A DNA stretch of 63,280 nucleotides, filler included, from an uncultured Methanosarcinales archaeon (lineage in GTDB: Archaea; Nanobdellota; Nanobdellia; Woesearchaeales; CAYMBN01), in NCBI GenBank assembly GCA_964388715.1. It is 4 parts of 4 records of this genome, joined end to end, with 100 filler letters (N's around TTAATTAATTAA, not from the genome) between each part and the next. Parts side by side here need not be neighbours in the genome. Positions count along the whole stretch, not along the records: positions 61,682 to 63,280 come from CAYMBN010000030.1; 3 more parts are not named here. One strand, written 5' to 3'. This document shows, piece by piece, positions 63,169 to 63,280 of this stretch. The translations under genes and the position numbers were made by a program. Position 1 is the first letter of the stretch; each line of letters begins with the position of its first letter. The notes under the pieces are model-generated. The model searched no databases. It saw only the letters and a program-made list of their open reading frames with translations, and had not been told where the DNA came from.

Positions 63169-63280
63169 ATATAAGGGTTAGGGTCGGTTTATATTTAAAT
63201 ATTGTTGTTTTTTATGAAATCCTAAATTTAACACCCGATATCCCTCTTATTAACTACCTTTTTTACTTATCGTAAACTAT

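Overview
AT-rich DPANN archaeal sequence, most consistent with Woesearchaeota (16S starts ATTCCCGTTGATCCTGCGGGA; archaeal BRE/TATA promoters and informational genes). The window is four contigs joined by artificial N-TTAATTAATTAA-N linkers (25678-25777, 47970-48069, 61582-61681), plus one scaffold gap (41907-42006). It holds housekeeping genes (rpl11, rps6e, eIF2-gamma, spt5, secE, ftsZ, rnhB, ABCE1, CCA enzyme, rpoK, dtdA, two cmk paralogues), sugar and nucleotide metabolism genes (ppsA, PGI/PMI, ROK kinase, dCMP deaminase, form II/III RuBisCO) and a 16S-tRNA(Ala)-23S operon. Two loci encode giant surface proteins, each headed by a small DNA-binding gene. Main observations: (1) an LpxC-like deacetylase next to NDP-sugar enzymes in an organism that should lack lipid A; (2) five bulge-helix-bulge (BHB) introns, namely two in 16S (one splits the 806R primer site), two in tRNA-Ala and one in initiator tRNA; (3) an AbrB-like gene, a beta-CASP RNase and giant surface genes punctuated by GC-rich hairpins; (4) a surface protein whose repeated scaffold carries different passenger domains; (5) an uncalled 25-aa polybasic peptide ending CCCCG with its own promoter and SD; (6) a Tgs1-like methyltransferase; (7) a probable ATC start codon and two ORFs broken by single stops. 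All family assignments come from reading motifs by eye; no database searches were run.
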